This document shows positions 52,801-61,391 of a stretch of DNA of 64,000 nucleotides, one piece after another. The first letter of the stretch is position 1; every line of letters begins with the position of its first letter. The notes beneath the pieces were generated by a model. It saw only the letters and a list, made by a program, of their open reading frames with translations, was not told the DNA's origin and searched no databases. Position numbers and translations under genes: made by a program. The DNA comes from a virus (Duplodnaviria > Heunggongvirae > Uroviricota > Caudoviricetes). The stretch lies in the IMG/VR virus record IMGVR_UViG_3300024303_000011. The stretch is one strand, 5' to 3'.

Positions 52801-53059
52801 GTTCATTCGGAGTTACAGCAAGTATAGCAATAACAATGCAACAAACCATAAGTGTTACCCATAAAATAGTTGGAATCAACTTTTGGTTACTAATGCTTAA
52901 GCTCATCAATCCTACTAAGATGATTGATAACAATAGAGTTATAACACACCACTCTGGAAGAATAGTATTATAAATTGTTTCAGAACTTAAAATTTCTACG
53001 CCGTTCATTTGTTTAGTTCCTTTCTTACCACATAGGTTTATGGCCTTCAAACAAAACAA
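49888..53059 (-). other. Run of about ten small hypothetical CDSs, several Cys-rich or membrane-type
   Basis: ORF track plus hand-read 52351-52515 and 52515-52676; tight packing with RBSs. Confidence 0.6.
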
Positions 53060-53188
53060 TAGCTCCGTGCTGATCGTTGTTGGTAGATAAAGAAATTATT
53101 GTTAAATTGTTTCTTTTGGTGTATTCATTAATTCCATCAACAAGGTCTGAGGTGTTGTATTCATAAAACCATCTTAGAAATCTATTAT

Positions 53189-53485
53189 TCATTTGTTTGT
53201 CTCCTTAAGCATTTTCGCTCCACAACATGGGCAGTATGGAGTATTATTCCAACGCTCTACTTCATAGTGACATCTTGAGCACTCCCACTCTGCTGGATCT
53301 GAGTCTAGCCACTTTCCGTACTTTACAGGTTGTACGTCCGCATTAGGAAGATCTTTAAGACTGTATACAAAAGCTTCTATCACGAGTCTATGTAGTGGGG
53401 CAAAGTGACTTTTAATCTTTGCTGCATGCTCAATGATGGTTTCTCTTTCAATATATTCCTTTTTCATTAGACTATCTCCTTCCAA
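53189..53485 (-). CDS. Zn-ribbon protein, third paralogue
   Basis: ADVQPVKYGKW...CSRC...YCPCCGAKM. Confidence 0.7.
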   Translation of the reverse strand: MEGDSLMKKEYIERETIIEHAAKIKSHFAPLHRLVIEAFVYSLKDLPNADVQPVKYGKWLDSDPAEWECSRCHYEVERWNNTPYCPCCGAKMLKETNK

Positions 53486-53499
53486 CCATTTTTGTATAT

Positions 53500-53844
53500 T
53501 TATATCTTAAACTTAGATTGAAGAACCTCTGAGACAGACTGTGCAATAACATCAGAAATAACTGCTTCTACTTTCGGTTTAGCAACATTAGCAATATAAG
53601 AGCTTAGAGATAGTCCATTAATCTTAGAAGCATTGTCATAACGCTTTTCTTGAAGCACGATATCAATTTTTTTATCTACATATTTTTTAATGGCTTCCGT
53701 TACTTTATCGTTTGCACAAGAGTCAAGAATACTTTCAATATACTCATCCACAGCAAGTTGAATTTTCTTCTCAAACTCTTCATCTGAGATATTTAAATTA
53801 ATAATCATTCTAGGTTCCGTTCTTTTCATTTGATTTCCCTCCAA
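53500..53844 (-). CDS. Hypothetical helical protein
   Basis: ORF track; overlap with upstream gene. Confidence 0.6.
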   Translation of the reverse strand: MEGNQMKRTEPRMIINLNISDEEFEKKIQLAVDEYIESILDSCANDKVTEAIKKYVDKKIDIVLQEKRYDNASKINGLSLSSYIANVAKPKVEAVISDVIAQSVSEVLQSKFKI

Positions 53845-54122
53845 TTGTTTCTTTCAATAATTCTTCTCATATTCTCTACACCAACAGCGTTCATGCTATG
53901 GATGCGGATAGGGTAGTTGCGTCCGGTTTCTTCGAGCCAATCGAGGAGTTTAATGTAGTCGCCACCATCAGAGGCGTAGTCACCAGCGTCGTGGTCGAGA
54001 TCAATGATTTCAATGCCATCCCTTTTTTCAAAATACTCAATTGCTCGTTTTGCTTGATTTGTGGTAAATGTTCTCAGATATCCTTTGGGTGCAGGTCTTA
54101 CATCATCAATCCATAATTTCAT
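53826..54122 (-). CDS. Cyclic-phosphate-processing receiver-domain protein
   Basis: LWIDDVR.AP, DLDHD.G and IHSMN.VG motifs. Confidence 0.8.
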   Translation of the reverse strand: MKLWIDDVRPAPKGYLRTFTTNQAKRAIEYFEKRDGIEIIDLDHDAGDYASDGGDYIKLLDWLEETGRNYPIRIHSMNAVGVENMRRIIERNNWREIK

Positions 54123-54274
54123 GATTATTCTCCTTTAATTCATCAACGACTATAACGCCGTTCTTAATAAGATATTCAGCAAGGATCTCTGCTTCTTGCT
54201 CTGTGAAGTACATAACGTGGGCAACACCTTCCCAGTAGAAGTTGTTTAAGATTTCTATGAGTTCATTACGTCGT

Positions 54275-54880
54275 TTAGTGTTCATAATACTCCTTTACAA
54301 CATTGCATTTGTTGTCAAGCAAACGAATACTGATCAACTCGGCATTTTTATCCATCCATCTATACGGCTTTTCAACAAAGAAGCTTTTCATACGCGGGAT
54401 AATGATGCTTTCCCAGTATTCGTTTAGCGGTTTTGCAAGCTGAACACGAAGGATCTCTCTCTTCTCTTTATGCATAGCACCCCAATCAATCTGGTAGAAT
54501 GTCAACTGCTCCCAGTCGTCGCACATCTGAAATGTTTCAAAAAGGTAATCTCGGAACAATTCGTAGGATTCAAAAGCTTCTTCAAAGCTGATTGGATCTT
54601 TATTAAATACTTCATCCCAAAACATAGCACGTTCTTCATCGGAATGGTCGATGCTCATTTGAACATCATCTAGAATGCCCATGGAGTAACCAATGAACTC
54701 CCGCTCGAAGTTACCCCAGTATGAATTACACTCGATCTCAAGGGTGTAGGGGATGCGAGGGTGACTACGGCGCATGTTATTCAAGCGTCTGCGAAGATCT
54801 GGTGCAATGTCATTATCATCATATACGCTTGAATCAATTCTAAAACGATCTCTCCAAAATTGATGATACTTATATACCAT
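54275..54880 (-). CDS. Hypothetical protein
   Basis: GGAG RBS; NSYWGNFERE motif. Confidence 0.65.
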   Translation of the reverse strand: MVYKYHQFWRDRFRIDSSVYDDNDIAPDLRRRLNNMRRSHPRIPYTLEIECNSYWGNFEREFIGYSMGILDDVQMSIDHSDEERAMFWDEVFNKDPISFEEAFESYELFRDYLFETFQMCDDWEQLTFYQIDWGAMHKEKREILRVQLAKPLNEYWESIIIPRMKSFFVEKPYRWMDKNAELISIRLLDNKCNVVKEYYEH

Positions 54881-54892
54881 GGCTAATTCTCC

Positions 54893-55147
54893 TTAGTCTT
54901 CAATTTCTGCGCTATCTAGTTGAACGGTAAGGCAACGAGGGCAAGCATATAAGTTTACAGCTCTCAGATCGTTGCATGGTTCTTCCCGGATGAGATTTTT
55001 ATCAAGCAGTTCGATAAATGGTTTGTTGCCGTTGTCTGCTGGACCAAGAACGATTACTTCGCCAAACTCATCGGTTTCATATGTATAATGACATGAGTGA
55101 CAGATCTGAACCTGACGTTTTCCATTATCTTGAGTAAATTCAATCAT
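54893..55147 (-). CDS. Zn-ribbon hypothetical protein
   Basis: CHSC...ACPRC. Confidence 0.65.
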   Translation of the reverse strand: MIEFTQDNGKRQVQICHSCHYTYETDEFGEVIVLGPADNGNKPFIELLDKNLIREEPCNDLRAVNLYACPRCLTVQLDSAEIED

Positions 55148-55149
55148 AG

Positions 55150-55437
55150 TTAAAACTCCTCGAAATCAAAACTTAAAGCCTGGGCCAGTGTCTTCGGATG
55201 GTGGTTGCCTAAGATGCAGGTGCTATCGCAGCATTTGCATTTGACCTCAAAACCGTATTCGTCATGCACCAGGTAACTGTTCTTCTCGTTGTGGTTAAGC
55301 ATGCAGCATAAGTAGTGTTCACCTTTTCGTCTGCCGCATGGGATCGTGCGCTTGATTTTGAACAGCTTGAATAGGAGCCAGTGCAGTTTTGCAAAGGCCG
55401 CATCATTGCGGTAGATTTTAATAAAGCCAAGATTCAT
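55150..55437 (-). CDS. Cys-rich hypothetical protein
   Basis: AGGAG RBS; ORF track. Confidence 0.6.
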   Translation of the reverse strand: MNLGFIKIYRNDAAFAKLHWLLFKLFKIKRTIPCGRRKGEHYLCCMLNHNEKNSYLVHDEYGFEVKCKCCDSTCILGNHHPKTLAQALSFDFEEF

Positions 55438-55449
55438 AGTGTGCTCTCC

Positions 55450-55836
55450 TTAAATTTCATCGTCGTCAATGTTGATCAGTGCTCGCTGCACAGTACGCAT
55501 GCTGCAGCCAAGGTTGTCGGCAATGTCCTGATCTGAGAGACCTTTGTTATGCAGGGCGACAATATCATCACGGTTATACCTTGTTGGGCGGCCACCTTGT
55601 CTTCCGTTTTCCACCGAGGCTTGTCGTCGTCGCTTGGCAGAGATAATCAGATCGCGGCACATACCATTTACCATATTGATGATTTTCTGATCGTCTGTGT
55701 CGAAATCTTTGCTTGTGCCGTAGTTGATGATTTGCCAGGCCACTTCTTTGGCAACGTCTTCGCCGCATAGTTCTTTTAGTCCGTTTAAGTGTTCTTTCCA
55801 GCTTCCATAAAACACGAAGTTTTCATACTGGAGCAT
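55450..55836 (-). CDS. DUF6291-like replication initiator with C-terminal HTH
   Basis: NFVFYGSW...NG.QGGRP, then GLSDQDIADNLGCSMRTVQR. Confidence 0.65.
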   Translation of the reverse strand: MLQYENFVFYGSWKEHLNGLKELCGEDVAKEVAWQIINYGTSKDFDTDDQKIINMVNGMCRDLIISAKRRRQASVENGRQGGRPTRYNRDDIVALHNKGLSDQDIADNLGCSMRTVQRALINIDDDEI

Positions 55837-55870
55837 ACGCATCACTCCAATCATTTTGTTTTGTGATAAT

Positions 55871-55899
55871 ATGATACGACATAACCTAGGTTTTGTCAA
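55871..55899 (-). promoter_or_regulatory. SigmaA-type promoter with iteron-like palindrome in the spacer
   Basis: TTGACA-AAACCTAGGTTATGTCG-TATCAT. Confidence 0.75.
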
Positions 55900-56104
55900 T
55901 AGGTTATTTCAAACGTTTACAAGTTGTTTACAAATGCTCGGACAAAACCTATGACAAAACTCAAATGTCGTAGTTATGTCGCAGTTTTGTCAAGCGGCAT
56001 AGGAAAAACCTAGTCGGCAAAACCCAGACAAAACCTAGACGTAACCTTGATATAGATATAGATAAAGATATAGATATATATTATGAATAAATACATAATA
56101 TATT
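55877..56104. repeat. Putative replication origin: iteron-like GACA(A/T)AACCTA repeats plus GATATA repeats and AT-rich tract
   Basis: Roughly ten degenerate copies in both orientations, followed by (GATAT/AA)n at 56049-56080. Confidence 0.6.
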
Positions 56105-57141
56105 GGGGTTATGTCGCGGGGTTGGGGCATAGGAGAGAAGGCAAGGGGAAGTAGGAGGGCAAAGAAAAGTGAGTTGGGGACATTTGGGCCTCGGATCTGG
56201 GGACAGGGGTTTGGGATTGGAGCTTTGATTTAAAACAAAAAGGATAGGGGGTTAGGTTTGAGGAGATGGGACTTGGATTGGACTCAAACGGCGTCCGCCT
56301 TGCATCATCGCACCTGCGGTGCTTCTGATCTTCGTCGCAGCGAGCTGCTCCTCAAAAATAAATTTATTATATGTGCCGGGGATCTGGGATAGGGGAGGGA
56401 GTCATTGGTTTTGGTTAAAAGTACCCCCTGGTAATGGTGGAGGAATAGGTTTTCCTTTGTGGATTCAGGAGTTGGATACTGGATATTTGGGTGCTGGTAC
56501 TGGAGGCCGTAGAGTTGGGTTGAGATCAGGGAAAGGCGTTTGGTTTTGGGTATTGGGCCGGTTTGTTGAGGGTGAATGAGGGTGGTTTTTTGGAAACGAT
56601 AACACGGATGGGATTTTCGGAAGGCTAAACGATTAGGTTTTTGGCTGTTGAAAAGTATTGTGGAAAAGTGATAAGGGAGTAGGGTTTTGCTGGGTGGATT
56701 GGCTGTGGAAAAGTGGAGTTTGGATTATATTTTAATATAAAAGAAAGGAAATGGGAGGGGGGTTGTACTATTTTGGCGTGGGTGGTGAGTTTGTAATAAG
56801 CGGTCAGAACGTGCTTTGTGGAGAAGTTATTGGGTGTTTATTGGACATGTTTATGGGTGTTGGTACGTTGAATTTTGAGGAGGATTTTAGAAAATATTTT
56901 CCGTACTATTTAATTGATTTTTGAGTCAGTTTCTAGAAAGACCACGTTGGGGACAAACCTCAAAAAAGCTTACTGGATGCGGTTAAAACCACCCCCACCA
57001 CTTTACCGGACTAAAGTACGGAAAATTTGACTTTTTCAAAATTTTTCGGCAGGTTTGAGGTGTATAGTTATCTCACCGAGGAGCCAACGAGCATCCCGGA
57101 TAAAAAATATTATGCCGAAAGGCGAAAAGGAGGACATATTT

Positions 57142-57531
57142 ATGTCTAAAATTACTAATGCAATGATTCTGGAAGCACTCAACTCTATCAATGGCAAATT
57201 GGATGCTATCGACAAGCGAGTTACCACTCTTGAGAGTGGTAAATCGAAGCCCACTACCTCCGGTAAAGGCACTTCAAAAGTAGCCAAAGGCTACTCCACC
57301 GACATCAAGGACTATGAACCTAAGAAGTCTGCCGATGGTCACTACAACTGGAGTTCCTACAAGGCAAAGAGAACCGACTACTGCTACGCAGTAGCCACCA
57401 AGGGAGAAGCACTGGGTTGCTACAAGGACGGCAAAAAAGTCGTAGACTTTTCCGACATTGAGGCTGACTTCAATAAGGCAAAGGCTGAGTTCGGTAAGAA
57501 GTACAAGTACATCAAGGTTTCCGACAGATAA
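57142..57531 (+). CDS. Basic hypothetical protein, first rightward gene
   Basis: AAGGAGG RBS; followed by a terminator. Confidence 0.75.
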   Translation: MSKITNAMILEALNSINGKLDAIDKRVTTLESGKSKPTTSGKGTSKVAKGYSTDIKDYEPKKSADGHYNWSSYKAKRTDYCYAVATKGEALGCYKDGKKVVDFSDIEADFNKAKAEFGKKYKYIKVSDR

Positions 57532-57547
57532 GCCAAGCACCAACCCA

Positions 57548-57584
57548 AAGCCCTCCGACTTCGGTCGGGGGGCTTATTTTTTTT
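57548..57584 (+). terminator. Rho-independent terminator
   Basis: AAGCCCTCCGAC-TTCG-GTCGGGGGGCTT then A and a T-run. Confidence 0.9.
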
Positions 57585-57742
57585 GCCTTTATGAGAACCC
57601 CAAAATACCAAATCCTCTTGCCTTATATAAAATCCATAGGGTGAGAGGTCTTTTTATACTCAAACCAATACAGGGTATAAAAGGCTTTTATCACAATTCG
57701 CCGACCTACGGCAAGGGCACCAGCCCAGAAAGGAGAACAACC

Positions 57743-59056
57743 ATGTTAAGAAAAACAACAAACCCCAACAGAGAGGTATACAAGCAGTATGCCGAAACCC
57801 AAATGACACTTGAAGAAGTCCTCTCCACATTCAAGGACTACACCATTTACAGTGTCCTCGACAACACCAGCCTTTACATCGTTGCCGACGGCAAATCCGT
57901 CCTGCTCTTTGACTACATTGGCTATGAGGATGATGAGTGTGTTCCAGACCTCTATGAGGCATACCCAATTCCTTATGAAGACTTCGACGATATAGCAGAC
58001 CGCTATCTCGATGACTGCTGCAAAATAACCAAATTGAATTAAGGAGTGATAATCATGTTAACCAAAATCAATCTGTTCTTCCAAATCCACAAGTTCTACA
58101 AACTGTTCGGCACCGAAGTCGGAGCCAACTTCATCACCAAACTGTCCGATGTAACCAGCGACAACCTCTACGATGTACTGTTCGACATCAATGAGGTGCT
58201 CAATGCCAACTCCCTCTACTTCAATGAAGATGTCTATGAGATGGACGCTTGGCTTATGAAACTCAAAGCCCAAATCAACGACTTCCGTAAGAGTACCGGC
58301 AAAAGCAACATCAAAAAGGTTGTGCTCCGAGTACTTATAGCCGTTGCTTGTGTCTTTACTGCTTGGTTTGCTTTAAGTTGTGCAGAGGTACTCACCAAAA
58401 ACCTCTCTGACTACAACCTCTTTGCGGTGATTGCCGATGAACGCAAGACTTATGGCACATACTACGCTGATGGTACAGTAGTCACCATAGATGGACACAT
58501 CTGGGACTGCCACAGAACAGACCTTGAGGACAGCACACCTGTTAAGGTCTACTTTAGCCACAACGACACCGATGATGTGACAGACGACATCATATCCCGA
58601 ATCAAGGAGGTTCAATAACCATGAAAACACTAATCACCAAATCCCAAGCCTTTATGCACTGCGTTTACAATGATCCTGCCGACTATATCGATGAACAATG
58701 GATGGCTGACACCGACAACATCCAAACCCTCATAACCCTGCTTCGCCTCAACATTGCCGATGACCTACAAGCCTTGGCTCACGGTATACAAGATGCACAA
58801 GAGGAGTTCGGCATTGACAGTAACACAGAGTTTGACTTTGCACTGCTTCTCGACCTTAAAGCCCTATTGAAGGAGGTGAGCCATAATGTACAGACAGTAT
58901 GAAGACCCTTACAAACTCGAAAAGCGTCTCGCTGAACTAAAAGCCGAAGCCAAAGAGCGTCCCGACGATGAAGACTTGGCACTGGACATTCACGAACTTG
59001 AAGAACGCATAAACTTCGCTTGGCAGGACGACGAGTACGACTGCGACGGCTATTAA
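57743..59056 (+). other. Four small hypothetical CDSs (57743-58042, 58046-58618, 58621-58902, 58886-59056)
   Basis: RBSs and tight packing; 58046-58618 has a transmembrane segment. Confidence 0.65.
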
Positions 59057-59068
59057 ACCTACAAGTCA

Positions 59069-59111
59069 AGGGCTGAACACCGACGAACCGTTGGTGAGTC
59101 AGCCTTTTGTT
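59069..59111 (+). terminator. Probable terminator
   Basis: GGCTGA..CACCGACG-AAC-CGTTGGTG..TCAGCC-TTTTGTT. Confidence 0.65.
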
Positions 59112-59191
59112 GTGGGCTTAAACAGCACCACAAAAATATTATATAGCCCAAGTCATACACCCCGAAAGGGTTGGGCAGAAGGAGGAAAGTT

Positions 59192-59449
59192 ATGGCAAGA
59201 GTATCCGCAAGAGCAAAAGGTTATCAGAAAGGCAAAGCCGAAAAGGGTTACTGGGGTGATGAGCACCTCAAGGACATCCTGTGGGACATCTACTGCACCC
59301 ACAAATCATGGGGAGACGAGTGGTACAGCAAGGCAAGAGTTGGTGCATATGAATCCGCCAAAGTTCTGCTGGCTCTCAACGGCAAAGGCGAATACCGCAA
59401 CAAGGCACTCGACATTATTGACGAACTTATGGAAAGAGGTGATGACTAA
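59192..59449 (+). CDS. Hypothetical protein
   Basis: AAGGAGG RBS. Confidence 0.7.
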   Translation: MARVSARAKGYQKGKAEKGYWGDEHLKDILWDIYCTHKSWGDEWYSKARVGAYESAKVLLALNGKGEYRNKALDIIDELMERGDD

Positions 59450-59709
59450 TGAAACACTACCAAGCCGACGAGTTCCTGTATGACACACTGCCCGACACCA
59501 AGACTGATGCCATTGAGAAAAAGGTGTCACTGCTCTATGACTTCTGCGTGCTGACAAAGCACAAGGGCAAACCCGATGCCCGTGAACAGGCTGTGCGTGA
59601 ACTGCTGGCACAGTATAGCACCGAACAGCAGATGTCCAGTGTACTGCACCCTGTCCTCGTAGGTGATAGCACGCTCAATAAAACTCTTCAAAAAGGAGGT
59701 GTTATGTAA
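59449..59709 (+). CDS. Hypothetical protein
   Basis: TAATG coupling with upstream gene. Confidence 0.7.
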   Translation: MKHYQADEFLYDTLPDTKTDAIEKKVSLLYDFCVLTKHKGKPDAREQAVRELLAQYSTEQQMSSVLHPVLVGDSTLNKTLQKGGVM

Positions 59710-60005
59710 TGCGTAGACTCTTCATTATACTGCTCATCCTCATATCCATAGTCATAGTGGCTGTGGGTTGCCACAACATCCGTGCCGATGCCCAGCGACA
59801 GAATGATTGGCAAAATAACAGACAGGTTATCACCGTGGTCATCAACTACGGTGATTCCATTGATGGCTACTGGGCAGAATACGCACCGTCGTGGATGGGA
59901 CGGGAACAGTACCGCCGTGAAATAAAGCAACTCAACAACCTGCAAAATGCAATGCTTTATGCCGGAGACGAAATCAAACTCTATGTGGAAGGAGGAAATC
60001 AATGA
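59709..60005 (+). CDS. Membrane-anchored LysM-like protein (YneA-like architecture)
   Basis: N-terminal hydrophobic helix; VVINYGDSI...IKQLNNLQNAMLYAGDEIKL. Confidence 0.65.
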   Translation: MRRLFIILLILISIVIVAVGCHNIRADAQRQNDWQNNRQVITVVINYGDSIDGYWAEYAPSWMGREQYRREIKQLNNLQNAMLYAGDEIKLYVEGGNQ

Positions 60006-60889
60006 AAATCATAAACACAAATCACAGTGGAACCAAATTATTCTGCGTCCTTTTGGGCACGGGATTCTTTTGGCTGGAGGAATTTGGTGTCTATGCCGAC
60101 TGCGAGCAGGATGCGGTCGATGCCATTGCCGACTATGTGCAGTGGAAGATGCCTAATCTCTGTGCCGACCATTATGAAATTGCCGACCTGTGCGACAGCA
60201 ATCAAACTGTGGCGGAATATGCCGAAGCAAACGGTTTAACCTGTGCAGGAAATTGCGGCGTATACTTAAAAGTGGAGGGAATCAATGAAGTGGTTTGATA
60301 AACTCTTCCCCAAGGAAGAACCGAAAGGATATCATGTGTCAACATATAGAACCGAGGATTTGAAATATCCCTGTTACGGCGAGTATTCATACGATATAAC
60401 CGTAATCAAGGAATTCGTCGCAGAATATTGCCAAGCAGGATTTACCTGCAAGGTCTACGATTACGAATCCAATAGACAAGGAATCATCCTATCCAGCAAA
60501 TTTGACGATTCCGTGGATGTATTCGAACAAATTGAATGGAGTAAATTAAAATGAGCAAATTGCTTTATAATGGGAAAGTTAAATTCGATGATTTCCAGTT
60601 GTACCGAGAATCCAATAATAGCGGTGGATGTGAATATGGCTATCCGCAGGATAAGACAACCATTGAAGAATGGGAAGAAGTCAATGTCTATATCTGCCCT
60701 CATTGCATTAAGAAGTACGGATTGTATGAGGAAACCGAAACAAGCGAAGCCGAAATTGACGAAGTGTTAAAAGCACAGGCGGAGGGAAATTATCTCTATT
60801 ACGATCTGACTTGTGGCGTTGACGGTTGCCAAAACACAGATTCATTTGATGGTTGGTTGTCTATTAAGAAAAGCAAATTAGTAGACTAA
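60002..60889 (+). other. Three small hypothetical CDSs (60002-60298, 60285-60554, 60551-60889)
   Basis: Overlapping starts and stops. Confidence 0.6.
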
Positions 60890-60952
60890 CCGAATCACCG
60901 CAAACCAAAGAAAAAAAATACGGCGGACACCGCCAGAAAAGAGGAAAGAATT

Positions 60953-61390
60953 ATGACTATCATCACCAAAAAGACGAGCACCATCACTGTTGAGGGAACC
61001 CACATCAAAAAGAACTGCAAGCCTGTTCTCTGCATTACCACGGGAACAATCTATTCCAGCGTATCTGATGCAGCATATATCAACGGAGCAACTTTGACCA
61101 ACATGAGTGCCCATCTGAACGGCAAAAGTAACACCTGCAAAGGAAAGAAATTCTGCCTCGTCTCCAATATGGCTGAATATGCTGATGAAATTGCACAGAG
61201 CATTTGCACCAAACAGGCGAAAGCAATGAAGTATGATGCCATCGTAGAAGAATATCGTCGTGTAGAAAGGGCAAATGAAAACCTGCGTCGTCGCCGTGAA
61301 GCCTGCGAAAAACTGCGTGAGCAATACAAAGCAGAAATGCAGGCTCTTGCCGAGGCAGAAGCCGAAGTCAAAGCATTGGGAGGGAATTAA
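60953..61390 (+). CDS. NUMOD1-like DNA-binding domain plus coiled coil
   Basis: KPVLCITTGTIYSSVSDAA...S.HL.GK..TCKGKKF. Confidence 0.65.
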   Translation: MTIITKKTSTITVEGTHIKKNCKPVLCITTGTIYSSVSDAAYINGATLTNMSAHLNGKSNTCKGKKFCLVSNMAEYADEIAQSICTKQAKAMKYDAIVEEYRRVERANENLRRRREACEKLREQYKAEMQALAEAEAEVKALGGN

Positions 61391-61391
61391 A

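Noticed and set aside
397..55770. Plus-strand ORFs in the track (e.g. 16921-17550, 42272-43024, 45515-46069)
   Set aside because: Antisense shadows of well-supported minus-strand genes
56319..56579. Gly/Trp-rich 86-aa ORF
   Set aside because: No RBS; a by-product of the G/T skew
59798..59808. ACAGAATGATT copy on the plus strand
   Set aside because: Inside a coding region and away from any operon start; likely chance
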